Assembly: GCA_051294375.1 (NCBI GenBank)
Contig: CM119268.1
Span: 23,664,035-23,728,034, forward strand
DNA from: Paraspadella gotoi
Lineage: Eukaryota; Animalia; Chaetognatha
Reading direction: 5' to 3'
Length of the DNA: 64,000 bases
The stretch's first letter is position 1, and each line of letters begins with the position of its first letter. The position numbers and the translations under genes were made by a program. Shown here piece by piece: positions 29,301-43,298 of this stretch. Below the pieces are notes generated by a model. The model had not been told where the DNA came from. It was given only the letters and a program-made list of their open reading frames with translations, and did no database searches.

Positions 29301-29939
29301 ACATAAAAGCAAAATTGTATCGGAATAAACAGTGCTTAGGGTAGCGCCGTAAAAAAAAGACAAAATACGAGAATGATGAATCAACGAATTGTATTAATAC
29401 TATTAAGAAAAGGGAAAAGGGCCATCTCACTGCATGATTCTAACGAGGAACTCACGAATTTAAAGTTCCCACTGCTGCTAAACTTAATTTCAATAAATCT
29501 TTAATGCGTTTCTTTAATAATTGGACAAATTCTGTGATGAAAAAATTTGAGATTTCCTTGGCCCCTAACATCTAATACTAAACCTAAAGATTCAGTGAGA
29601 AATTGGTACACTACACAACCAATACAAAAAATTAAGCATTTATTTAAGAAGTGAGCTATCTGCGCCTGACTTTGGACTATCTTTCCCATTTAGTTTATTC
29701 AAAAGATTCGGTTAATCATTTAAGCTAAGAATTAAGGCTTTAAGGTCAGGGGATAAGGATACATTAAGGATTAAGGTTAAGAGATAAAGATACATTAAGG
29801 ATTAAGGTTAGGGGATAAGGATTCATTAAGGATTTAGTTTAAAGATTAGGTATTAGAGTGAAAAGTTAGGATTAAGTTTATAGCCAAGGTATTTGATAAG
29901 CATAAGTTTTTTTCATAATTAAGTTCAAGGATTAAAAAC

Positions 29940-30049
29940 ATTAATCAGAAGCTTTTGAAAAATTGTGCCCTATTTTCCTTTCACGATCTCCTTCTCATCC
30001 CCAACTGCTTTTCTCCAGCAGCCTTTAAGAACAATGACAGCAGCAGAGA
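29940..30049 (-). pseudogene. Third fragment of DEG/ENaC last exon, cut by gap
   Basis: cagaagcttttgaaaaattgtgcc...ctccttctcatccccaactgc...cagcagcctttaagaacaatg matches 33421-33540. Confidence 0.65.
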
Positions 30050-33000
30050 NNNNNNNNNNNNNNNNNNNNNNNNNGCTGAAGGAGAGAAAGATTTACTAAA
30101 AAAATATTAATTGACTTACCATAGGCCTCTTACGGCGCCATTACCCATTCTCCAGCTCCGCTAGCCGATCTGTCTTTATTTTTTAATGCAAATGACAAAA
30201 TATCTCATGAAAGCATCGTGTAAGAAATCGTTGTTAAATAAGAACTGACTCTGTTAAATATTGTTACAGCAATTATTAAATAACTATAATAATTAATATA
30301 TAAATAATCAATTATACATCATTTGTTCAGTAAAATGAATTTTTAGATCGGCAAAGATGTTTTGTCGACTATTATTCATAAACCTCTCTCAATTTTAAGC
30401 ATTATATGTTGCCTCTTTTTAGTCTGTCATACAAGGATGTTAATCTATCATTACAGATAAATAAATAAATAATCCCTGAAAAATGGTATTGACACCGCTG
30501 GCGGCGTGTGGGCATGGCCATTCAGGGAAGAAAAAGGGCTCGACGTCGTGTTCTTATCCGCTTTGTTGGAAGCCCCTGAATCTCTCTGATTCACTCACTC
30601 CTCTCTCTCTCTCTCATTCTGCTGAAGAGAACTTCTGTCTGCAACGCTATGCGTCCTTTTGTCGGTGGCGTTTTGAAGAGGTCGCTCGTATTCCAAAAAA
30701 TGATTTGACAAGAGTCTCGCCTGACTTCAATCTCGGCCGCTGAAGTATAAAACGAGAATTCTCCCAAAACTCTAAAAACGTTTTAATCTCGGTGACAGAA
30801 GTGGCAAATATGTGACACATAACGTGAAACGAATAAACAGTCGCGAAATAACCCCCGTTAAAAATAAACGGTTTTCGGAGACGATGCAACAACTTGCCGA
30901 AGAGTGGTTTCTTAACGACTGAAACGCGGATCCATAATAAGATTCATAAAAGTGAAGACGTTCAAAAATGACACAGCAACGTTATAAACAGGTCCCGAGA
31001 TTTTGAGAGAGAGAAAAATGACCTCGCTCAAATTGATACGAGAAAAACGACGAGCGCAATTTCTCACTTACACTCTCTCGTCCTCTTTCTCCCACATTTA
31101 ACCTGCAATTTTTTGTAATTAACTACAAATACTGCACATGATCGAAAAAACGAAATGGCGTTCAACAATATGTCTGCAAATAATTAAATAAATTCATTGT
31201 GAAAATTCGCGAACAATTTTATTCTAAATCTACTTCACCGAACCGAAATGAAAGCAAAAAACAAACAGATTATAGACAGACGAAACAACAGAAACGTGAT
31301 ATCTCGGAATCATCCCGATTAGAATTTTTTATTAAAGTCATTGTTTTAGCGATCAGCAGCAGTAGCCTGCTGAACGATCCGAACAGTTTTATCCGCTCGT
31401 TCACACGCCCCGGTGCGATACCGTTTTTAATTATACGTATAAACAAGTGATTCTTGAACACTTTGGGATCATCGCATTTCTTATAAGGGAGTAAGAAAGT
31501 GGGGGCAACTCAACACGTAAATGATTATCTTTTCTCTTTCAAATTCGCAATTGGTCTTCGCGTAAAATACGTTTCGACGGGGCAGAGACCCCAGCTATAT
31601 TGTCCCGTTGGTCAGCGTCAAGGTTGGCTACGGCGTTGTGTAAATGAACATTACAGGCAAAAGTTGGCTTAAGTGTTGTAATCGCCCTATCTCTATCGTT
31701 TTCATTCCTTCTAACCTTTTTTGTTACTTTTTTTAGCATAAAAAATTATATGTCTAAATGCTCTTTTATTTAACAATAATAAAGTTTTGGGGAACCTGTT
31801 ACTATATTTAGATACCATTTCCATTTATTCTAAAATATTTAATGATCAAACTTCAATTCGTATAACTATATGGATAACCCACCAAAAACAATTTTGTGTA
31901 GCCGCAAACTTGCGTGCTTTTAAAAGGGTTCAGGCCTATCCCCTAGGTGACAAGCGAGTGCTTAGGCGCTTGCGCGCCCAAGAGGCCTGGCTATGGAAAA
32001 AATGGAAATGGAGATTAAGCCAATAACACTCTGATCCTTGAATAAGCCATATTTTTAATTTACTTAATTTTATTGTTGATATCCGTAGTTTTTAGTTTTT
32101 GACACTATTGGCTTTAAAAGTGTGTTTGTTTCAATGCTTTGTTTTTTATTTCATATTACTACCAATTTTCAAAAAAAGAAAAAGATGAAGAGTTTTTAAC
32201 ATTTCACAAACAATAAATTTGGTAAACTATTAAAAATAACCTCTCTAAACTCTGTTCTTATCTCAACAAACTGCAATAAAATTGGAAGAAAATAAAGAAA
32301 TAATCAGACTTGACTTAAAGGGCAAAAATATGTGTGAGGGTAGCCAACCGGTGGGTGAAAATGCCTGATAGCTTCTATATCATAAACTAAAACCCTTTTA
32401 ATATTTCATTTTTAATTTTGTTTTATTATAAAAGTTTTAAACAGCGCCTTTGAATAAGTAAGCCAGATCCATAATTTATTAGTTTTTCCTAAATCGCGCT
32501 TAGGTTTATTATTTTGCTTTATTTTTTGTGGTTCAAAAAAATGAAAAACTTCATATATTGAAGTAGAGTAAAGGTAAAACTTTTTATATATGTGAAAACA
32601 GTTTAAATACGTCTCCTTATTTCATATATATTGTCTGGATTTAAACTATTTGATTAACCAATTCTTTTCCTATTATTTGAATTTTGTCGGTAGGTTTTTC
32701 CCCAAAAAATAAATTTTTTTTAATAATATTTAACATTATTTTTAATACAAGTTTTTTATATTATATAGTTGAAAAGAAGTTTTAAAATATCCTTGGAGTT
32801 TACGGCTATTTTATAAAAATTAATAATACTTAATCACTATTTATTTTATTTTTAAATTTGCTATTTTTTCCCGAATTTTTTTGCATCTTATCGCAATTAT
32901 AAAATCGGATAGAAACGGGAAAATTGGGCCAAGCCGAATTTTTTGAATTTTTTTGACTTAGGGAATAGTTTTAAGGCATGTGTTTGGCAAAAAATTAGGA

Positions 33001-33445
33001 GCGGCACTAAGATGTCCTTTATTACTTTCTTGGTATTTTATATCTTCTTACCGCGCTACTACACAACCCAATACAAAAAATTTAAGCATCTTTATTTAAG
33101 AAGTGAGCTATCTGCGCTCTGACTTTGGGCTTATCTTTCCCATTTTAAGTTATTCAAAAGATTCGGTTAATGCATTTATCTAAAGAATTAAGGCTTTAAG
33201 GTCAGGGGTAAAGGATACATTTAAGCGGATTAGAGGTAGAGAAGATAAAGATGACATTAAGGCATTAAGGTATAGAGGATAAGGATTTATTAAGGATTTA
33301 GTTTAAAGATTAGGTATTAGAGTGAGAAAGGTTAGGATTAAAGTTTATTAGGCCAAAGGTATTTGATAAGCATAAGTTTTTTTCATAATTAATGTTCAAG
33401 AGGAGTTAAAAACATTTTAATCAGAAGCTTTTGAAAAATTGTGCC

Positions 33446-36400
33446 TCATATTTTCCTTTGCACGATCTCCTTCTCATCCCCAACTGCCTTTTCTGCAGCA
33501 GCAGCCCCTTTAAGAAACAATGGAACGAAGCATCCAGAGAAGAGAATTGGAAAAAAACTCGCAAGAATGCTGAAGATGGACATCCCAAGACATAGTCCAG
33601 TTGTGCCACCGATGGCGCTGAAGAGAGCCAAGCCGTTCGCGATGACGGGAACTTCTACAATGTTTTCAATTGAGTCCTGAATTGAAATTAAAAAAAAAAC
33701 TATTTAGTTTATAAAATAACGAGTAAGAGATGGATTCATACAATAATTACATGGTGACAATTTTACAAGCGCCGGTAAAATAACGCTGTCATTTGCAAAC
33801 CCATGAAGATTTTTTCAATGTTAAATATGAATTTTAAAGTAAAAACCCAAACTATTTATATATGCAAATTTTATCAGAATCGACTTTGATATGCCTCAGC
33901 AATGATAGCAGGAAGATGGATTTTTAAACTCACTTTTTTTAGATTTAATTTTTTTCTTTTATTTTCAGTAAGTTTTCTGAAGAAACTTGAAATAAAATAA
34001 TATTAATATTATTATTTTCTGAAAGCCCTTTCAAATCTAAAGAGAATGACGTACTTACGAATACTGTGGTATAAAATTTAACTGGCCCAGCTTTAATATA
34101 TTATTAAGGTTTATTATTTCTCAAATAATATCGAGTATTTTCTCTATTTTTTTTATTATTATATTCTTAGGATAGCTTGGTTATGATTGTTAATTTTATT
34201 GATTTTTTATCAAAATGTAATTGTTCTTATTCTTATATTATTTTTGTCTCAGGCTTTTCATGATACTTGATGATTAAATAATAATATTATTTAATGTTTA
34301 TAATCCATTTAACAACTGGTCATATATTTTTAAAAAATATTTAAAATTATAAATAATTCACTTTTGACACTCTTAATTGAATTAAGGCTGGGCAGCTTAC
34401 TTTTTATGTTAGAGCTTTCGTAAGTATATATATATTGTTAATATTTTAATAAATACTTTGTTTAAAAAAGTGCTAAAAGTTCTAAAAAAAATTGAATTTA
34501 AAAACAGTGAGTTGGAAAATGAAACCCGATTTGAAAAGCCAACTTTCTCCACTCATGATCAAGGCATATCTAAACTGATCAATATAAAATTTTAATACAT
34601 AAATAGTTTTAATATTTTCTACTCAATTAATTTTTAAAATAAATCAAATAACTACTGGTTTGCAAATGACAGCGTATTTCTACCGGCGCTTGTAAAATTG
34701 TCACCATGTATAATACTAAATCAGAATTCATATGATATCAATCGCATTTGCATATAATAGTGACAACAAAACCTCATCATTGCTGAAGCTCAAATCCACT
34801 AATCGTCCTGGGTATTTGGGTTTCTTGTCAGGAAAAGCTATGGAAGAGATGTACCGCAACACAATCAATTTTATTTTTTCACTTCGAAAAACTTCAGCAG
34901 ACATTCAACATGTGGAGAAGGCGCTTAGTGGGCTGCAGTGTGCCATCTGCAACTTCTTTAATCCTCTCTTGCAGACATGGAACGGGTCCTGAGCTTGGAA
35001 TCAGGCTAGAGGGCTTTCCACGCCCCCAGGGTGGTTAACGGCAGTCCTCACGATTCCTTCTGGGTCGATACCATTCAATGATCCACTGGTGTCGTGCTTA
35101 TAGGCAGGGCGAACTTACCCGACGACAAACTTGTGTCCGATACGGTAAAAGGAGTTTAAGTGTACTCACCTTTTCAGCATAGAGAGTGAAGTGGGCCAAA
35201 TTATCAATTCTCGGTTCTTTTCCATTGGATTTTAATTGAGTTTTCAGCATTTCTTTGAACCATTCGTTTTCTGGCCAGCGAGACATTGTGGTCCTCAGCT
35301 CGTAGACGGTGTGATGGCACAGCTCAGGGCAATAAGCCTTACATTTTTTTTTCAATTGGATTATTCTGGGATCCCGGGGTTTGTTTACTTCAAATTTTCT
35401 AGAGCATCCATAAAAGTTAGACATATTGACAGAGGTCGCATTGACCTGCGGCGCGTCTTTTGGAACCGGGAAATAGGGAAGAAAACAACCGAATGTCTCA
35501 TTCATCTTTCTCTGGTAGCAATCATACTGACAGGCCATCGGACTGTACGTATTCTTGTGAGGATAAAAATAAGGAAAGAAGGGGTTTTCCTTGCTAAGCC
35601 TGACTTTGTTTTTAGTGCAGTGGCTGTAGTCGAAAGTGTAAAGTGGCTTCTTTTGATTTCCCAATCTCTTGTAAGTTCTTTTTTTGAAGGCGATTTCCGT
35701 TCTGACTCCAACAGGAATTGTGATTCCATTGACACCCGGCAAAGGCGTCTCTGTTTGATTGTGAACGAGAATGACGAAACCAATCATTGCAAGCGTCCGG
35801 TTGATGTACTCTTCTTGCTGCAAAGAAAAGGAATCACAATATTAAGGAGGAACGAGCCAAGTCAAAGCACCGGTTACCACGATGACCAGCGACCCACGTC
35901 TTTCATAACAGAATCATGAATCGCGAGAACAACGGAAAGACGGAACAAATCTCTAAGTCACCTTTTGTCACTTTGTCACTCTGTCCTGCTTTTTTAAATA
36001 CAGATAACTTTGCATTATTAAATTAATCTTCCCTTGGAACTGACATTATTTCTCGCTCATTGAATTAAAACCATGAGCAACTTATTCCATCCATCAACGA
36101 TGCGTTTTGAAACATCCCGTGGTACCATCAACCGCTCACTGACCAGCGTCGCCGGCTGCTGTTTCTCTCTCTCGCCTCCCCAACCCAGATGCAGGGAGCA
36201 GAAGCAGCGGACTCACCAGAGCAGCCGGCGGCAAAGCCAACCTCACCAGAAGCTCAAACAAAGACTTACCCTAAACTCTTGACCACACTTGGACCACGAA
36301 CAATCACAGAAGAGTAGAAAGGGATCACAATGGTCGGGCCAATGGGGAACAAGGCAGGGATTTAGTGGTCAGGGAGCGGGAACTAAAAGTAAGAGAGAGA

Positions 36401-37836
36401 GGCTTGATGTGAATTTGCTTGTCATTGGTCTTCTGGCTCACAAAAGAAAGAGCAAAGAATTTCTCCTTGAATTTTGTATCCACCCATTTTATTCTAGAAT
36501 AAAAAACCTCTTGTTTCGTTACTCTGAAGACTCCTCCTTACTCCTCCCAGTATACGGCGTTTTCAGTATGTCGATGTGCACACACGAGATTTGCGAAAGA
36601 GACTTTCGAAAATCGCAATTTTTTAAACTACGTCGAAAATCGAAATCGGGGCCCCCCACGGGGGCGGGGGGGGACCGCGGCCAAAAAACCCCCCACGACC
36701 CGCTACACGAAGCGCAACACCCTTTAATTTTTCGAAGCGAACGGAAGTGCGGCAACGAACAAACAAGAACTCAAAGAAAGCCAAAATTGCCGTCATCAAG
36801 GAAAATCTGCGGTCTTGGGCAAACTTGACGGAAGCCGTCGATAAGACTCAACAGAGCAAAGAAAAAAAGAAAAAAACGAAAACGAAAAGAAAAAAATAGG
36901 CAAGACAGAGAAGAAAGCGGGTTTATCCCATCCCCACGCCCGACCCACCGACAGCCCGCCACCGCCGTCCGCTAAATCCGATGATGGTGGACACTACCCT
37001 CACCCCCGCGCTGGAAACGTCAATCAATGGCTCCGGAAGTCAAAGCGCAATACGCGCAAGCGACGACAGCAATGACGTCACATCCGGACTTCAGCAAGAT
37101 GACAGTAACACGACAACGACAAGGACGCGGGAACTGCCGTTGAAATCTCCCCCACGGAGGTGCGAAACACAACTGGACTTCAACGAAAACCTACGAACGT
37201 CGCAGCTGGAAGAGGGAGATCACTCATGCGGTTTCAGAGATTGCTCCGCCTAGTAAACGATACGTGAACATGAATATTCTGAAAAATTTGGACAGTTACA
37301 ATAACACCGTGCGCAAAAAATTAAAACACGCGTGAACAGACGAACAGCAACATGCAGAGAATAATAGCTNNNNNNNNNNNNNNNNNNNNNNNNNNNNNNN
37401 NNNNNNNNNNNNNNNNNNNNNNNNNNNNNNNNNNNNNNNNNNNNNNNNNNNNNNNNNNNNNNTAAAGTTAAATTTAGAAATTTTACTACGCCTTACTTCC
37501 CACACAACACAGCTCCAGCAAGCCTCTCACTACAGCTGCAGCATGATACTCACCCCTTCTCCAGCATAACATTCACCCCAGCTCCAGCATGACACTCACC
37601 CCAGCCCCAGTATGACACTTACTCCAGCTCCAGAATTACACTCACCCCAACTCCAGCTTGCTCTTCCTGAAAGGGTTGATGTTGCAGATGGTGATTGCAG
37701 GAAGCGTTAGATCGGAATCTGGTTCGATGTCGACTCGAGTCATTACATCCGCGTCAAAGTATTGCTGAAGACTAATGCCGATACTGTATTGGAGATGGAA
37801 GATAATCAGCATCGTTATTATCATCATTATCATCAT

Positions 37837-37875
<39 letters not shown>

Positions 37876-38410
37876 AATTATATAATATATGAAATTGGTA
37901 CAACCAATATAAAAATTATTATTAAAATTATTATTAATAATTATAATTAATAATTATATTAATAATTAATAATTATATAATAATTATAATTAATAATTAA
38001 TCTCAAAAGTGTATCATTATTATTCATATCAGCGTCCTAATTACCAAAATCATCATTATTAACACCAAGATAATCATAATCATCATCCTTTTAATATCAA
38101 AATCATTATTGAAATATATCATTGTCATCATCATTAACATTATCATCAACAACATCAATGTCATCATCATCATGATTATCATAGACGCTGTCACTAATTT
38201 CCATCATCATTATCATAATCATCCAGTACCAGCTTCAAGCTGACTCAACCTGTAAAACGCCAGTGAGACGCAGAACAGCAAAGCCGCCGACCAGAACAGC
38301 TTCTCAGTTACAGATTGACTTCTGTCTACATTTGCGACAACGCCCGTCGAGTTCGAGGTTGTTGAAGCGAAAGAATAGACGATGGACGAGGAGAGATGGG
38401 GTTGAAGACA
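33446..38410 (-). CDS. DEG/ENaC (amiloride-sensitive Na+ channel family) subunit, partly error-rich and gapped
   Basis: N-terminal/TM1 exon ~38410-38250 (SIVYSFASTTS..EKLFWSAALLFCVSLAFY); exon 37783-37646 (SLQQYFD..TRVDI..LPAITICNINPFRKSKL); Cys-rich exon ~35830-35170 (QEEY..GFVILVHNQTETP..GITIPVG..YSPMACQYDCYQ..CPELC..YEL..SRWP); last exon from 33676 (LFSAIGGTTGLCLGMSIFSIL, TM2 with GxS filter). Middle exons are unresolved. Confidence 0.88.
33750..34708. mobile_element. Non-autonomous Tc1/mariner-type (TA-TSD) TIR element in ENaC last intron
   Basis: ~53-bp TIRs catggtgacaattttacaagcgccggta..cgctgtcatttgcaaacc / ggtttgcaaatgacagcg..taccggcgcttgtaaaattgtcaccatg, each flanked by TA. AT-rich non-coding interior. 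Confidence 0.8.
37503..37660 (-). repeat. 23-bp tandem repeat (6-7 copies) containing 5' splice-site motif
   Basis: Plus-strand unit cactcaccccagctccagcatga = minus-strand tgctggagctgggGTGAGTG; the first copy is the true ENaC exon donor. Confidence 0.85.
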
Positions 38411-38419
38411 ATGGTTAAT

Positions 38420-39205
38420 GGAGAGGGAGAGGGGAGGAGAGGAGAGGAGGTAAGGAGAATGAGATGCGAGCAGGAAAGAAGAAAGGAGAGAGAAAAGAAA
38501 AAGGAGGAGGAAAAGAAAGGAGAAAGGAATAGGAGGAGGAAGAGGAAGGAGAAAGAAAGAGGAGAAGGAAGGAGAAAGGAGGAGGAGGAGCAAGAGGAGG
38601 GAGAAAGGAAGAGAAAGAGGAAAGAGAGAGGAAGAGGAGGAGGAAGAGGAGGAAGTGGAAGAGGAGAGACAAAGGAATAGGAGGAGGAAGATGAAGGAGA
38701 AAGGAATAGGAGGAGGAAGAGGAAGAATAAAGAAAGAGGAGGAGGAAGAGGTAGGAAAAATGAAGCGGAAGATGAAGGAGAAAGAGAGAGGAAGAGGAAG
38801 ATGAAGGAGAAAGGAAGAGGAGGAAGAAGAGAAAGAGGAGAGAGAAAATAAGAGGAGGAGGAAGAGGAAGGAAAGAAAGTTAGAGGAAGATGAAGGAAAA
38901 AGGAAGAGGAGGAGGAAGATGAAAGAGAAAGGAAGAGGAAGAGGAGAGAGAAAGGAAAAAGAGGAGAAAGAAGAAGGAGAAAGGAAGAGGAAGATGAGGG
39001 AAAAAGGAAGAGGAGGAGGAAGAGGAAGGAGAAAGGAAGAGGAGGAGAGAGAAAAGAAGAGGAGGAGGAAGAGGAAGAAGAAATGAAGAGGAAGATGAAG
39101 CAGAAAGGAAGAGGAGGAAGAAGATGAAGGAGAAAGGAAGAGGAAGAGGAGAGAGAAAAGAAGAGGAGGAGAGAGAAAAGAACAGGAGGAGGAAGAGGAG
39201 GGAGG
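38420..39205. repeat. Purine-rich (GAG/GAA) low-complexity tract
   Basis: Nearly pure A/G on the + strand over ~800 bp. Confidence 0.9.
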
Positions 39206-39484
39206 CGATCAAGTTAGTTGAATCTATATAAGACTGAACAGTGAGCAGTTTAGCGTTCGTTGCAGTACAAGTTTTAAAGGTCTAAATGTCGATACAAGTA
39301 GGTTAGTATTTAGACGCCCCTTTCTTCTTTCTTATGTGAATCGAGCAAGGCGCAAACCCGAGTCCTTTGGGTTGGGAAAAGCTCGTGCTAACTCCGGTGA
39401 CATAGATGCTGCGGATTCCTCGACAAATGCTGTTATTTTTATTATGTTCTTATTCCATGGTTTTGATTACTTTCGTTTGACAGC

Positions 39485-39557
39485 TGTGACAATTTTAAAT
39501 GTGACAATTTGAAATGTGACAATTTGAAATGTGACAATTTGAAATGTGACAATTTGA
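39485..39557. repeat. 15-bp tandem repeat x5
   Basis: Unit tgtgacaatttgaaa. Confidence 0.9.
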
Positions 39558-41236
39558 AAAAGAAAAATCTTCAAATCGAAAAAACGTACGATACGATAAC
39601 TAGCAATAACCGATACATTTTTTTTTGAAAACCGAAAGGCGTATCTGTAAACATTAAATATTTCCTTGGCTCGGCTGTGTTTGCATATCTTTTTTTTTAA
39701 TGTTTGAGTCTTCACGCCTTTTGGATGGGTAGATTTTTTATTACGGCCACAAATTCACAATGTAAAAAAAGATTAAGAAGCGATAAAACTTTTTTTTATT
39801 ATTTAGTATTATATATTTATTGTTACAAGAAGTCCATTTATCTCTCTACATATATTTTGATTTGTCTCTTAGTCTTCCGTCGAATTTTAAATTTTTTTTT
39901 TCTTTTTTTAAAAATTTATCCTAAATTTGTTTTTAAAAATTTGGTAAATTTCTGTGGAAAATAATTGCACAGGTTTTCGGTTTTCTGTCTCGCGTGAATT
40001 AAAAAAATAAAAGGAAAAAAAAAATAGACGTGGATTTTTATCAGTTCATCTTTTTATCATTTTATCATTCTATCATTTGTTTGTGATGTTTGTTTTGATT
40101 TCGGTTACCGCGTTTTTGTTTGATCTGCTGAGAGATCGATTTTTTTTACCGGGGAAAAAAATACTGTAGAATCCTCAGGACAAAAAATCGATACAGTTAC
40201 GGTTACAGTATCTCATTACGATTTGAATCAATACTGTTAACATATATTTTGTCTTTTTATAGAATTGCCACAACTAAAATAATTATAATTTGTTTGTTGA
40301 AAAAAACGAGAGTTTTGATTGTTACAATTTGTTTAAAGTAAAACTTTCCTAACTTTAAACTGTCACAACCCTCAAAGAGCCTTTCTTTCTTTCTATAAAT
40401 TAATAAAATAGCAACACCTTGTAAGCTTACAATCGGGGCTTTCACATATCATATCATATTATATCATTATTACTAATTATCGTTTTTTTTACTTTTTTGT
40501 TATTATGGTCTGTAGATCTTAACCTTTATAAGAATTTTGATAATATTATTACATACTTTTATATAACGATTCACTAAGGAGCTAAGGTGCTAGAAAACGT
40601 TGCACAGTTGCATACTCTCTTTGCACACTTTGGTCACCCACACTTGGTGCGACACCTGCAAAGGCTAATCGATCACAGTTTATCAGTACCACCGACGCAA
40701 TTCGAAAGTAAATAGACGACGACAACGACTACGCCGATGATAACAACGACGACGACGACGACGATGACGACGACGATCAATACTTTTTTGTTTTGTTTTG
40801 TTTTGTTTTCCTTCAGTTTTTTATTACGAATATTTTCGCGACTTTGCGTCGTTGATTTTAACCTTAAGATCCTCGGAAAATCGGTAAAATTTTTTATTTG
40901 TTTACAAATAACGATGTATTTAAAACATGAAAGATACCAACAGTAAACTTAAAATAACCTTAACATCTAAACTCTTTAATTATAATGCGTAGACCTCATC
41001 GTTAACCTAAATCATTAACTCTTAATCCCTAACTCTAATTGCTAACATTAATCATTTAGAAAATTTCTATCTTAACCTTCAACCGTGATCCTTTACATAA
41101 TCCTAGTCCAAAGATTAACTAAAACACTAACATAATTCTAAAAAAAAGCTTAAATTAAGCGATTTTGGGAATAAGTGCAACTTCCATTTATTCATTCTTA
41201 TTTCGCTAATAAATTGAAAAGTTGCGTGACTATAGG

Positions 41237-41372
41237 TATTATCCATTCATTAAATAAATAAGCTATCTTGCCCCTGACTTTGGACTGGCTTTGGTGGTTT
41301 AAGGCCTCTATCACTCTTACAAGATAATGACACAGCAGGTCACTGCAAGCTTTCTCACAGTCTCGTTTATTA
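41237..41372 (+). repeat. Dispersed repeat family B copy
   Basis: tatccattcattaaataaataagctatcttgcccctgactttggactggctttggtggtttaaggcc...cttacaagataatga..agcaggtc..gcaagcttt. Confidence 0.75.
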
Positions 41373-41861
41373 TACCTGGCTTCCCTATCAATGTTTATGT
41401 TTCAAAGAATGTTTCAATTGTAAGAAAAGACCGCTCCCTTAATATCGTTCTTTGAATAATATTATCCGCAGATGTCGCTCCACCGATAATCTTTCCATTT
41501 TTCCAACCAAAAAACAAAAGGCAATCACTAAGTACCTGATAAAAGAAAAGAAAGAGAAAAGCCGAGGGTGACTTTGCCAGGTGGCTGACCTGTATGAGAG
41601 AGAGGAGGAGAGAGAGAGAGAGACGAGAGAGAGAGAGAGAGAAAGAGAAGGAGGAGAAGCCGGGTTGTACTTGAATGCAGGAAGAAGAACCGAGAGAATC
41701 ATTTGTTAGGAAGGTCGCTAGGGAGTGACGTTGCTAAGGGTTCGTCGTCGTCGTCGTCGTCGTTATTCCATCTGGTTAGAAGGCGGGAAAAAGGAAGAGA
41801 AAAACCTGATGGAGGAAACGCGTTTCACGGGTCAGTGACCTCGTGTGGTCAATATGGACCA

Positions 41862-41916
<55 letters not shown>

Positions 41917-42651
41917 CTTTTTAAAAATGTTTTTTAACTATCGATAGTACTCATTCCAAAAACCTATTTTTACTTTTTGTCTTGAATTTTCACTGTTAAC
42001 GATTCATATATTAAAAGATACAGATCTACAGTTAAAGCTAATTCCTCAATATTTTATGTGACAAAGAAATCATTTCATGGTCTCTGAGACCGTGATGTCA
42101 TAAAAGGACCACCGTGCGGAGGGAGACTCCAGAGAGAGGAGAACAGAGAGAAGAGAGAGACGAGAGAGAGGAGAGACGAGAGAGAGAGAGAGGAGAGAGA
42201 GAAGGAGAGAGAGAGAGAGAGAGAGATTCATGAAGCGGTGTGCCCTTTAGTTATTTAGCCAAAGTTAAGCTATAAATAACTTTAATTTTATTCTCTGAGA
42301 TTTTTTATAAACTTTACTAAACTAACTTTATTACTATTTACACGATTGCTAAATTTATTAGGATTAAAACTGACTATAATAATATACTAAACTAAAATAA
42401 AAAAAAACCAAATGTTTAAAAATCTATTTTGATTCTTCAACGTCAGTTATTCTCTGTTTAAGAACGAGTTTTTTTTTTTTTTTTGTACAAAATAACACAA
42501 TGAAAACTTAAAACTAATACATTTGGGAAGACTGAGGGAGGGAAAATGTAACAGCATTAAGGCATTTTTGGTGTATGACTTCCATTCTCCCCTAAAAAAA
42601 TGACCAATGAGTATCACGGAATTACAAAATAACACAATGATAGCTAATGAG

Positions 42652-42704
<53 letters not shown>

Positions 42705-43298
42705 TCTGATATCTTCTTCGTCGTCAGGCCAAACATCATGACATCATTAGGAGTCAAAACACGAAGGGAGACAATTAATCTGGAATGAGAGAGAGAAAAA
42801 TCTTTAATTAACATTTTCTTGGTCAAAATTGTTTCGATGGAAACTCTATTTCTATTGAAATCGAATCCAAGCAAAATATTTATTGTTTGGCAACGAATTC
42901 AAAATACGAATTACATTTCCAAGTAAACGGATTTTAAATTATAAACATTGATAAACCTGGATATCTAACTCATATCTAATAATCTATACATCTATGATTG
43001 GATCGTAGTTTTGTTTAATTAGAGTACAATATTACATATTTTTCTTTCAGACTCATAGGAACTTTATTGAATATATTTTGCCTAAGCTCAAGTTTATATA
43101 TTTTATTTTGAAATTTTTACGTGTAGTAGAATAGTAAAAGTAGTATATGCAAACAAACATATATGTCGCAATTCATTACAAAATACCAAGCAGCTTACTT
43201 TAATGAGAAGATCGGACGGATTACAAAAAGGAGAAAGGGTCAGGCCAAAGGGAAAGTGAGAGGCCAATCCAAGAGTAAGAGGCCATTCCGAAATGGCC

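Noticed and set aside
38320-38365. Apparent loss of the conserved HG gating motif in the ENaC N-terminus (TTSNSTGV)
   Set aside because: The region is insertion-rich; removing a few bases from aactcgacgggcgttgtcgca restores T-H-G-V-A, so it is likely read error.
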